A DNA stretch of 64,000 nt, from NCBI GenBank assembly GCA_034520505.1, contig JAXHNK010000003.1, positions 22,323 through 86,322 on the forward strand, in the 5' to 3' direction. The DNA is from Anaerolineales bacterium. Lineage in GTDB: Bacteria; Chloroflexota; Anaerolineae; Anaerolineales; UBA11858. The notes below the pieces were generated by a model, which searched no databases, was not told where the DNA came from, and was given only the letters and a program-made list of their open reading frames with translations. Position 1 is the stretch's first letter. The number at the start of each line of letters is the position of its first letter. This document shows, in pieces, positions 44,564 through 52,529 of this stretch. Both the position numbers and the translations under genes were made by a program.

Positions 44564-44598
44564 TGGGCCCGGCAGGATTCGAACCTGCGACCTGGCGG
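44564..44598 (-). repeat. orphan copy of the 3' 35 nt of tRNA-Met (att-like direct repeat)
   Basis: Exact 35/35 match to 46515-46549. There is no acceptor 5' strand, D-arm or anticodon arm upstream, so it is not a functional tRNA. Confidence 0.85.
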
Positions 44599-44648
44599 AT
44601 CACGGCTTTATTCCTACTGGGCTATATATATATTTGAATAAGATCGGG

Positions 44649-45986
44649 CTAGCCCGCGTTCTTTTTCTCTTCGTTCAGCATCTCCAAAAATAATTCCACT
44701 GCCTTTGGATCAAAGTGCGTTCCAGAATTCAATTTGATATGTTCAATTATTTTCTCCTCTGGCCAACGTTTACGATAAGGACGATCAGAGCCGAGGGCGT
44801 CATAAACATCTATTACTGAAAAGAGACGCACTGCCAGTGGAATTTGCTCGCCTTTCAAACCGCGCGGATAACCACTCCCATCCCATTTTTCGTGATGACA
44901 ATAAGGGATATCAAGCGCTTTTTGAAGATAAGCAATTGGAAAAAGGAGTTTATAGGCATAAGTGGGGTGCTTACGCATGAGAACCCATTCATCTTCAGTC
45001 AGTTTGCCTGGCTTACGAAGAATGTGGTCGGGCACACCCAGTTTGCCAATGTCATGTAAAAGCGAGCCGTGCAACACGTGGGTCATCTCTTCTTTGGGAA
45101 TTCCTGCTTTACTTGCTAATTTCAGTGTCATTTCAGTCACGCGCAGGGTATGGCCTTCAGTTTCTTCGTCCCGCAAATCCATTGCATGTGACCAGCCTGC
45201 AATGGTGGTATCGTATGCCTCAAGCAGTTGTTCGTGAGAGAAGTTTAATTCTTCATAAAGGATGGCAAGTTCGGCCGCCCGTTTTTCTTTCTCTTCATTT
45301 TGAAGGGCCAGCTCTTTATAGGCAAGGGCCAACTCGGCCGCCCGTTTTTCTTTCTCTTCATTTTGAAGGGCAAGCTCTTTATAGGCAAGGACCAACTCAG
45401 CCGCCCGTTTTACTTCCTCTTCATTTTGAAGGGCAAGCTCTTTATAGGCAAAGACCAGCTCGGCCGCCCGTTTTTCTTTCTCTTCATTTAGAAGGGCAAG
45501 CTCTTTGTTGGCAAGGACCAGCTCGGCCGCCCGTTTTTCTTTCTCTTCATTTAGAAGGGCAAGTTCTTTGTTGGCAAGGACCAGCTCGGCCGCCCGTTTT
45601 TCTTTCTTTTCATTTTGAAGGGCAAGCTCTTTATTGGCAAGGACCAGCTCGGCCGCCCGTTTTTCTTTCTCTTCATTTTGAAAGGCCAACTCTTTATTGG
45701 CAAGGACCAGCTCGGCCGCCCGTTTTTCTTTCTCTTCATTTTGAAAGGCCAGCTCTTTATTGGCAAGGACCAGCTCGGCCGCCCGTTTTTCTTTCTCTTC
45801 ATTTTGAAGGGCCAGCTCTTTGTTGGCAAGGACCAGCTCGGCCGCCCGTTTTTCTTTCTCTTCATTTTGAAGGGCAAGCTCTTTATAGGCAAGGGCCAAC
45901 TCGGCCGCCCGTTTTTCTTTCTCTTCATTTTGATTGTGTAGCGGATTGTTACGCTTGGGCATCTTGGCGATTCCTCTCAACACCAA
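44649..45986 (-). CDS. HD-GYP phosphodiesterase-type protein with N-terminal array of 21-aa coiled-coil repeats
   Basis: The C-terminal HD-GYP domain has HDIGKLGVP and HHEKWDGSGYPRGL. The N-terminus is 11 tandem copies of NEEKEKRAAELVLANKELALQ. Confidence 0.85.
   Translation of the reverse strand: MVLRGIAKMPKRNNPLHNQNEEKEKRAAELALAYKELALQNEEKEKRAAELVLANKELALQNEEKEKRAAELVLANKELAFQNEEKEKRAAELVLANKELAFQNEEKEKRAAELVLANKELALQNEKKEKRAAELVLANKELALLNEEKEKRAAELVLANKELALLNEEKEKRAAELVFAYKELALQNEEEVKRAAELVLAYKELALQNEEKEKRAAELALAYKELALQNEEKEKRAAELAILYEELNFSHEQLLEAYDTTIAGWSHAMDLRDEETEGHTLRVTEMTLKLASKAGIPKEEMTHVLHGSLLHDIGKLGVPDHILRKPGKLTEDEWVLMRKHPTYAYKLLFPIAYLQKALDIPYCHHEKWDGSGYPRGLKGEQIPLAVRLFSVIDVYDALGSDRPYRKRWPEEKIIEHIKLNSGTHFDPKAVELFLEMLNEEKKNAG
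45237..45929 (-). repeat. 11 tandem in-frame 63-bp repeats
   Basis: Near-identical 63-nt units are visible directly in the DNA and as 21-aa units in the protein. The flanking units are more diverged than the central ones. Confidence 0.9.
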
Positions 45987-46074
45987 TTATCTACCGATGG
46001 AAATCTTTTACATGTCTTATTATATCTTGTATCGCACATAAAAAGTAAGTTATTTATTCCGCAGTCCAAAATCA

Positions 46075-46440
46075 TTGACACATTCCGCCATATCCCCCCC
46101 GAAGAACAACTTGAACACGAAAGTGGAAGGTTATGCGCAAAAATCCAGGTTAACTATCCGGGGGGATGGAATGGGGGTTATGGAATACCGGGATTCCACG
46201 TTTCACTCATTATACTTCTCTATTTGGCTAAACAGTCGAAAATATGATTTTTCCGATTTGAAAGCGGTGAGCCAAAATCTAAGTCACGCCAGCATCTCAA
46301 CGACTGACCAAATTTACTCTATCCTTTCCAATAATGATGTCAAAGAAAAGATCACGGGAATCAGCCAAGCAGATCCTAAACCTTCTCATTCCACGGAAGA
46401 AGAAAAACTAAAAAGGATCATGGAGATCCTCAACGAATAA
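46075..46440 (+). pseudogene. tyrosine recombinase (phage integrase) C-terminal relic
   Basis: ...FHSLYFSIWL...SQNLSHASISTTDQIYS resembles the H-x-x-R ... LGH-x-S-x-x-T-x-x-x-Y catalytic end of integrases, but the Arg is lost and the N-terminal two-thirds are absent. It sits next to the tRNA-Met 3' end. Confidence 0.5.
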
Positions 46441-46514
46441 CAAAAAAGGGGCTCGATTTAAATAAAAAAACGACCCGGTCTGGCACAAAATGGGTCATTT
46501 TCTAATCAAAAATA

Positions 46515-46587
46515 TGGGCCCGGCAGGATTCGAACCTGCGACCTGGCGGTTATGAGCCGCTCGCTCTGACCGCTGAGCTACGGGCCC
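46515..46587 (-). tRNA. tRNA-Met (anticodon CAT; elongator-type, or Ile2 if lysidine-modified)
   Basis: The manual cloverleaf is GGGCCCG/TA/GCTC-AGCGGTCA-GAGC/G/AGCGG-CTCATAA-CCGCC/AGGTC/GCAGG-TTCGAAT-CCTGC/CGGGCCC/A. 73 nt, no encoded CCA. Confidence 0.85.
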
Positions 46588-46625
46588 GGCGCTGATCCGG
46601 TAAAGACTCCCCCCGAAACAAAAAG

Positions 46626-46697
46626 AGCGGGTGACGGGATTCGAACCCGTGAATGTCAGCTTGGAAGGCTGATGCCTTACCACTTGGCCACACCCGC
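46626..46697 (-). tRNA. tRNA-Gly (anticodon TCC)
   Basis: The manual cloverleaf has acceptor GCGGGTG...CACCCGC with discriminator T, anticodon arm TCAGC-CTTCCAA-GCTGA and T-arm ACGGG-TTCGAAT-CCCGT. 72 nt. Confidence 0.85.
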
Positions 46698-46839
46698 TTG
46701 TAATATGTGCAAATTCCCCTTTATTTGTACCCAACTTTATGATATTGTGCGCTTAGAAATTGACTGAAGCTGATGCCCAATCTAAGCAGAGAGATTATAA
46801 CAAGGGGGGATATTCAAGTCAACCTTTTCACTGTCATAA

Positions 46840-47349
46840 ACCGCGAAAAAGAGAAAAACACATGATCGGGAAGTGATCACATCATCCACTGGCGCGCTGA
46901 TCCAGCATGATGCTTCTACGCATAAATGGTCCCCCTTTGCGAAAGAGAAGTGGACTTTGATCACTTCCATCGATGACTTCAGCCGCAAGCTGCTGTACGC
47001 TGATTTCGTTCCCAGAGAGACGACCTGGGCCCATATTCAGTCGACCCAGGCCTTGATCCAGCGCTATGGGCTTCCTCTGCGGTACTATGTGGATTCCTTG
47101 CGGGTCTTTCGTTTTGTTCAGGGCAGAGACAGTTTCTGGCGCAAACATGTGCTGGAAACGGATGATGTGGATACGCAGTGGCGCAGGATGATGCGCCTGC
47201 TGGGAGTTGATGTCAGCTATGCTCTTTCTCCACAAGCGAAGGGCAAGGTGGAGCGACCCTATCGCTGGCTGCAGGACCGCATCGTCCGCACTTGTGTTTA
47301 CGAAAAACTATCCCAGAGGGATGAAGTCCGCAGATTTCTAAATGAATAA
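46840..47349 (+). pseudogene. DDE (rve integrase-core) transposase fragment, ISNCY/IS1202-like
   Basis: The frame opens at 46840. LIQHDASTHKW...LITSIDDFSRKLLYADF...QAKGKVERPYRWLQDR gives the D, D, E catalytic context. The N-terminal HTH part and C-terminal end are missing. Confidence 0.7.
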
Positions 47350-47565
47350 TCACCAATTACAATCGACTAAACTTATAGTCTTGAATAATTTCTTGAACAC
47401 CTGTTGGGGCGTCAACGGTTTTCGCTAGTCCCTTGCGTAATTCCTTTACTACTCCCCTTAAAACAGGTTCCTCCTTCGGAACCGTGTAATGGACCACAAA
47501 ATTTTGACAAATTTAAAGTCCGATTAAAAGTTTAAGCTGCATTTATGAAAAAACACTGAAAATAA

Positions 47566-47886
47566 ACCACCAAGCAAAAAGCACAGATCGTCCTGGATCT
47601 GCTGAAAAAAGAAAATGTGTGGATCATAATTTCATCAGAGTATAATTAAAGAGCCCATGCCCATCAGCTCTATCGGTGGAAAAAGCAGGGAACGGTCCAA
47701 TTTCACGAAGCTTATGAAGATCGGCACAAAGATATCCGGCAGTTGGAACAGGACCACCCGAAGAAGCTGGATCAAACCTTGGCTGTCGCTTTTATGCTGG
47801 AACTGACATCGATCATCGCCATTCTGGTCTATATTTTCCTGACCTGGGTGCTGCTTGAATTGGTCATGATGCTCTTTAAGCGCTGA
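47566..47886 (+). pseudogene. IS3-type orfA (HTH transposase helper)-like relic with in-frame stop
   Basis: KAQIVLDLLKKENV..ISSEYN*RAHAHQLYRWKKQ resembles IS3 orfA (…KAQIVLE.LKGE…EYGI..NQLYRWKK…, recalled). There is a TAA at 47647-47649 in frame, and the tail is atypical. Confidence 0.4.
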
Positions 47887-47953
47887 TTCCCAAAGCATCC
47901 CCGTCGGGCTCGCCGGGGATGCTGCTCAAATCTTTAGCAGAGGAAATCGAACC

Positions 47954-48460
47954 ATGACGATTACCAATCTCTTCCAAATCATCCTGGCAATTGGACTGCT
48001 GTTCTTCGGTCGGAGAATTTACTGGGCCTTTGTCGGCGCGATCGGTTTTATCGCTGCCACGGAGTGGGCCCTGACGGCAATGCAAGGACAGCCGGAATGG
48101 CTGATCGTGATCATCGGCCTGGTCGTAGGATTGATCGGCGCTCTGCTGGCTGTTTTCCTCCGGGCCGCAGCCATCGGAATGGCGGGTATCCTGGGCGGAG
48201 CCTATATTTTCCTGGCTATCTACAGGATGTTCGAATTGACAGATCCTACGGTGCGACTGGTGATGTTGATCATCGGCGGAATCCTGGGGCTGCTGATCAT
48301 GCTCCTGATCTTTGATTGGGCCCTGATCGTGATTTCCGCTGCCAGCGGCGCCCTGCTGCTCTCCAACTTTATCCCCGCGGAAATGATTCCTGCCTGGATT
48401 GCCAGTTTGATTCTCTTTGTGATCGGGGCGGTGGTGCAGGGACGGGATCTGTCTGACTGA
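47954..48460 (+). CDS. multi-pass membrane protein (5 TM), unknown function
   Basis: 168 aa, Gly/Ile/Leu/Ala-rich helices. Possibly DUF4203-like, unverified. Confidence 0.6.
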   Translation: MTITNLFQIILAIGLLFFGRRIYWAFVGAIGFIAATEWALTAMQGQPEWLIVIIGLVVGLIGALLAVFLRAAAIGMAGILGGAYIFLAIYRMFELTDPTVRLVMLIIGGILGLLIMLLIFDWALIVISAASGALLLSNFIPAEMIPAWIASLILFVIGAVVQGRDLSD

Positions 48461-48575
48461 GAGCCAGTGGACTAGCCGGCATCTCCACTGCGCTCAAGAC
48501 AAACTCCTAACAGGCTGGACCTTTCCTCCACAGGGAAAGGCTGGATGGTAAATTTCGCTGTTCAAGGAGGTATCC

Positions 48576-49508
48576 ATGATAGAAGCTGCTGTAATGATCG
48601 AAGGCCAGGACGGCCTTACCTGGCCGCGCTGGAAAAGAATTGCCCGGACCGTCGAAGAGGCAGGCTTTGCCGGGCTTTACCGCTCCGATCACTATACCAA
48701 TCCTCAACCGCCCGACAAACCTTCCCTGGAATTATGGACTTCGCTGACCTGGCTGGCCGCTGAAACGGAGCGAATTGAGTTCGGACCGCTGGTTTCTCCG
48801 GTTTCCTTCCGCCATCCGAGTATGACTGCCCGGATGGCCGCTGCGGTGGATGATCTTTCCGGAGGAAGACTGATTTTGGGAGTTGGGGCCGGATGGATGG
48901 AAAGGGAACATGAAGTCTTCGGACGGGATCTCCTGGGGATTTCTGAACGCTTTGACCGCTTTGAAGAAGGGCTGGAAATCATTTCCCGACTGCTGGAAAA
49001 CGATCAGCCCTCCAGATTTGAAGGACAGTACTTTCAGCTCCGGGACGGCATCCTGCTTCCCCGCCCCAATCGGCCCGGCGGTCCTCCCCTGCTGATTGGC
49101 GGCAACGGACCCCAGCGAACCCTGCCCCTGACCGCCCGATTTGCGGACGAGTGGAACGCGGTGTTCATCCCCCTCGAAACCTATCGTAAAAGGGCCGCCC
49201 GACTGGACGACCTGCTCAAAGAAGAAGGGCGGGAATTTGGAGAAGTGAGACGTTCCCTGATGACCCGGGTGATATATGACCGCAATCCGGATCAAATTGC
49301 ATCTCAAGTTGAAAAAGAGTTTCAGGGGGAAAAAACCCCGGACGATCTCCGGAAGGACGGGTATCTCGTCGGGACAGGCGATCAAATAATCGACCAGCTC
49401 AAAGAGTGGGAATCTGCCGGAGTGCAGCGGGTGATGATGCAGTGGCTCGATCAGCGGAACCTTTTTAAACTGCGGGCTCTGGCTGACGACATCCTGGATA
49501 AAATTTAA
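48576..49508 (+). CDS. luciferase-like monooxygenase (LLM) class flavin/F420-dependent oxidoreductase
   Basis: 310 aa. SD AAGGAGG is present. LLM pattern FAGLYRSDHY...LGVGAGW...EH..FG. Confidence 0.8.
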   Translation: MIEAAVMIEGQDGLTWPRWKRIARTVEEAGFAGLYRSDHYTNPQPPDKPSLELWTSLTWLAAETERIEFGPLVSPVSFRHPSMTARMAAAVDDLSGGRLILGVGAGWMEREHEVFGRDLLGISERFDRFEEGLEIISRLLENDQPSRFEGQYFQLRDGILLPRPNRPGGPPLLIGGNGPQRTLPLTARFADEWNAVFIPLETYRKRAARLDDLLKEEGREFGEVRRSLMTRVIYDRNPDQIASQVEKEFQGEKTPDDLRKDGYLVGTGDQIIDQLKEWESAGVQRVMMQWLDQRNLFKLRALADDILDKI

Positions 49509-50114
49509 CCCACAAGCCAGCCCATCTGTTCAAACCCGGCTGGTGATTCCCCCTCTTGAAGGCGCGGACCCGTGGACTGCCTGTCCTGCCGTTCCACGGG
49601 TACAAAAAATGGGGTGTTGACAATCCAACAATCAGGGGCTGCACTGCAGGGCACATCACGTCCAAAGACAAATTGGGTGGAAGGGAAGAACTTGTGCTTG
49701 CCGTACCTGAAAGCAAGTTGAAAGTAGCCAGAGCAAGGAGGCGTTTACAAAAGTCAGAAAACAGAAATATTCAGAACCAGGTATTAGGAATGACCCTGGT
49801 GGGCTGCTGAAAAGCGTCTATCTCTCAAAGGCCTTTTTTCCATTTCGTGCTGAACCAGGACAATAACTTTTTCTTATCAACCATCACATTTGCGAGTCAA
49901 ACCTGGCGAAGACAGCACCAAAACATTTGACAACCAAATTCAGATAACATATACTTCAAAGAACAACCTCACCACAATGAACGAAAAAAATCAACGATGA
50001 TCGCACCCCGTTGACACATACGTCGAATCCATGGAAAAAACCCTATGCTTAACTGGTTTAGGGGTGGATATCCAGACAAAATCAAGTGCCGAGCCGCTTC
50101 TGAGGTCTTAAGGA

Positions 50115-50147
50115 AAGCCTGAGATCAGCTGTCGGGCTTTTTGTTTT
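50115..50147 (+). terminator. intrinsic-terminator-like hairpin inside the long leader of the liv-type operon
   Basis: AAGCCTGA-gatcagctg-TCGGGCTT overlaps TTTTTGTTTT, 120 nt upstream of the binding-protein start. Confidence 0.5.
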
Positions 50148-50268
50148 AACCTGGCCAAGAGAACCAGGAAAGGAGGTGAACTACCGGGATAAAGAAACCA
50201 AAGGTATCGATTCATGTATGCTGAATTACCAGAAGTTTATCTACTATTCAGCTTGAGGAGACCTACTT

Positions 50269-51447
50269 ATGAATACAAAAAAATTACTTCGCATGACCAT
50301 GCTCTTAATTGCGGTTGCTTTGGTAATCGGCGCATGCGGCCAAGCTGCCCAACCGACAATTAAGATTGGGATCAATGCGCCCCTCACCGGCGATATACCC
50401 AAAGTGGGAGAAGGCTCGAAATTTGCCGCTGAAATGTGGCTGGAAGAGATCGGTGGGGAGCTTGAAGTCGGGGGAGAGACGTATCCTGTAGAGTTGGTGA
50501 TTGGGGATAACGAATCCAAAGCGGAATCTGCCGCCTCCGTGAACCAGAAGCTCATCACCCAGGACGAGGTTTTAGCAATTGTTGGCCCGCAATCATCCAA
50601 GCAGGCTGTACCTGCGGGCGGCGTGGCTAATGACGGCCAGACTCCCATGGTCAGCCCCTGGTCAACAAACCCCAACACGACATTGAACCGCCCCTGGGTC
50701 TTCCGGACGCCTTTCCTGGACAGCTTCCAGGGTCCTGCAGTAGCCAAATTCGTCACCGAGGAATTCGGCTACACCAAAGCAGGCGTGCTGTATGACGTCG
50801 CCAGCGATTATCCCAAAGGATTGGCTGAATACTTCAAGTCAGGTTGGGAAGATATTCACGGTGAAGGCTCTGTGGTCTCTTTTGAAAGCTTCACCACGGG
50901 TGATACGGACTTCAGCGCGCAGTTGACGAAGATGATGGAGTCGGGGGCCGAGTTCATCTTCACACCTCAGTACTACAACGAGGTGGCCCTCATCGTGCAG
51001 CAGGCCCACGAACTGGGGTTCAATCAACCCATTGTGGGCAGTGACAGCTGGGGTTCTGCGGAGCTGTTGAATTTGTGCGGCGAGGACTGCTACGGCCTCT
51101 ACTACAGTTCACACTATCTGGCTGAAAATCCCACGGGTGCTGCCAAGGTATTCATCGATGGGTACGAAGAGAATTATGGCTACGTGCCGGATGATGTTGG
51201 TGCCCTTACGTGGGACACGATGCACATTGTGGAAAGAGCGATCAAGGAATGCGGTGAGATCACCGGCGATATCGAAACAGATCGCGAGTGCGTGCGAGAC
51301 GCTTTGGCGGGGATTAAGAACTTCGATGGTGTAACAGGAACGATGACGTTCACAGAAGAAGGCGACCCCATCAAATGCGCGTTGATCATCAAGATTGGGG
51401 AGGACGGGTCGAAGAGCGTCTACGAGCAGACGTGTCCTGAAGATTAA
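50269..51447 (+). CDS. ABC transporter substrate-binding lipoprotein, Leu/Ile/Val-binding (LivK-like) family
   Basis: Lipobox VIGAC. IKIGINAPLTGD and GPQSS motifs typical of type-I periplasmic binding proteins. Confidence 0.85.
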   Translation: MNTKKLLRMTMLLIAVALVIGACGQAAQPTIKIGINAPLTGDIPKVGEGSKFAAEMWLEEIGGELEVGGETYPVELVIGDNESKAESAASVNQKLITQDEVLAIVGPQSSKQAVPAGGVANDGQTPMVSPWSTNPNTTLNRPWVFRTPFLDSFQGPAVAKFVTEEFGYTKAGVLYDVASDYPKGLAEYFKSGWEDIHGEGSVVSFESFTTGDTDFSAQLTKMMESGAEFIFTPQYYNEVALIVQQAHELGFNQPIVGSDSWGSAELLNLCGEDCYGLYYSSHYLAENPTGAAKVFIDGYEENYGYVPDDVGALTWDTMHIVERAIKECGEITGDIETDRECVRDALAGIKNFDGVTGTMTFTEEGDPIKCALIIKIGEDGSKSVYEQTCPED

Positions 51448-51551
51448 CGATTTCAGCAGGCAGTTGGTAGCCAAAACACAATCCTTGAAACAGGAAGGGG
51501 GCAGGTGGGATGGAAAAAGAGCCTGCCCCCTAATCGAAGAGGAGGGTTTGT

Positions 51552-52487
51552 ATGGACGTAATTTTACAACAACTCATGAATGCCTTGCAATGGGGAAGCT
51601 TTTATGCCTTGATCGCTATTGGGTATTCCATGGTTTACGGCGTCTTGATGCTTTTCAATTTTGCGCATGGGGATATATTCATGGTCGGGGCATACATCGG
51701 TTTTTTCGTTTCCACAGCTCTGTTGGCCCTTAACCCAGGAAATTTTCTGGGGCTTTCCACAGGCATGGAGCTGGGCTTGGTGTTGGTTTTGACTCTGATC
51801 TTTACCATGCTCCTGAATTCTTTGGTGGGGATGGTGGTGGAACGCATCGGCTACCGGCCGCTCCGCGAAGCTCCTCGCGCATCAGCGGCTATCACAGGTT
51901 TGATGATCGGCATCATTCTGCAAACGGGCAACCTGGCCATTCTCGGTCCCCAACGGCTGTCTTTCCCGGAATTAATTCCTTCAAAGACATTCCACATCGC
52001 AGGGGCAAGTGTGACCAACAAAAAAATCCTCATCGTCATCGTTTCCCTTTTTCTGGCAGTGCTCGTCCACCAATTTGTACAACGCACGAAATGGGGCATG
52101 GCCATGCGGGCGATGGCTTACGACTATGTTGTCGTTCCCCTGATGGGGATTTCCAGCAATAAAATCGCCCTGATGACTTTTGCGATTGGTTCGGCTTTGG
52201 CCGCGGCCGCGGGGATCCTGTTTGGAATTGCCTACCCGGTTTTGGACCCTAATATGGGCATCCTCTTTGGCTGGAAAGCCTTTGTGGCGGCCATTCTGGG
52301 GGGGCGAGGTTCCATCATGGGCGCGGCGCTGGCCGGATTTCTATTAGGCTTCATAGAAATATTCGTAACTATGATTTTCCCTTCAACGATGCGGAATCTC
52401 ATCGCATTTGGCATCATTTTGATCATCCTGTCTTTCCGCCCTCATGGTTTCTTTGGCGAACCATTCAGCGCCCAACTGCGGCTCTGA
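51552..52487 (+). CDS. livH: branched-chain amino acid ABC transporter permease (LivH-like)
   Basis: 311 aa. N-terminus QQLMNALQWGSFYALIAIGYSMVYGVLMLFNFAHGD is typical LivH. Confidence 0.85.
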   Translation: MDVILQQLMNALQWGSFYALIAIGYSMVYGVLMLFNFAHGDIFMVGAYIGFFVSTALLALNPGNFLGLSTGMELGLVLVLTLIFTMLLNSLVGMVVERIGYRPLREAPRASAAITGLMIGIILQTGNLAILGPQRLSFPELIPSKTFHIAGASVTNKKILIVIVSLFLAVLVHQFVQRTKWGMAMRAMAYDYVVVPLMGISSNKIALMTFAIGSALAAAAGILFGIAYPVLDPNMGILFGWKAFVAAILGGRGSIMGAALAGFLLGFIEIFVTMIFPSTMRNLIAFGIILIILSFRPHGFFGEPFSAQLRL

Positions 52488-52529
52488 TCCCAAACGGCGG
52501 TCCATACTATATTCAACGAGGTGTAGGAA

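Larger units (their letters stand above)
44564..46549 (-). mobile_element. degenerate tRNA-Met-integrated islet bounded by 35-nt direct repeats
   Basis: 44564-44598 and 46515-46549 are identical (TGGGCCCGGCAGGATTCGAACCTGCGACCTGGCGG, the 3' 35 nt of the tRNA-Met gene). The interior holds an integrase relic next to the intact tRNA and an HD-GYP gene of lower GC. Confidence 0.65.

Noticed and set aside
44564-44640. A second tRNA gene at the orphan repeat
   Set aside because: Only the T-arm, the acceptor 3' strand and part of the anticodon stem are present. The upstream sequence cannot form the acceptor 5' strand, D-arm or anticodon loop.
45237-45929. Possible CRISPR array, given the regular short repeats
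   Set aside because: The units are directly abutting with no unique spacers, have a period of 63 bp, and are in frame inside a CDS. No cas genes are present.
45113-46048. 311-aa plus-strand ORF and several 60-125-aa ORFs (45300-45941, both strands) across the repeat array
   Set aside because: They are mirror or shifted-frame readings of the 63-bp tandem repeat. Any frame of a periodic stop-free unit stays open. Only the minus-strand frame continues into a recognisable HD-GYP domain.
50160-50268. Small leader peptide ORF after the strong SD-like AAAGGAGGTG
   Set aside because: There is no ATG, GTG or TTG at a workable 5-10-nt spacing. The only GTG is part of the SD-like sequence itself.
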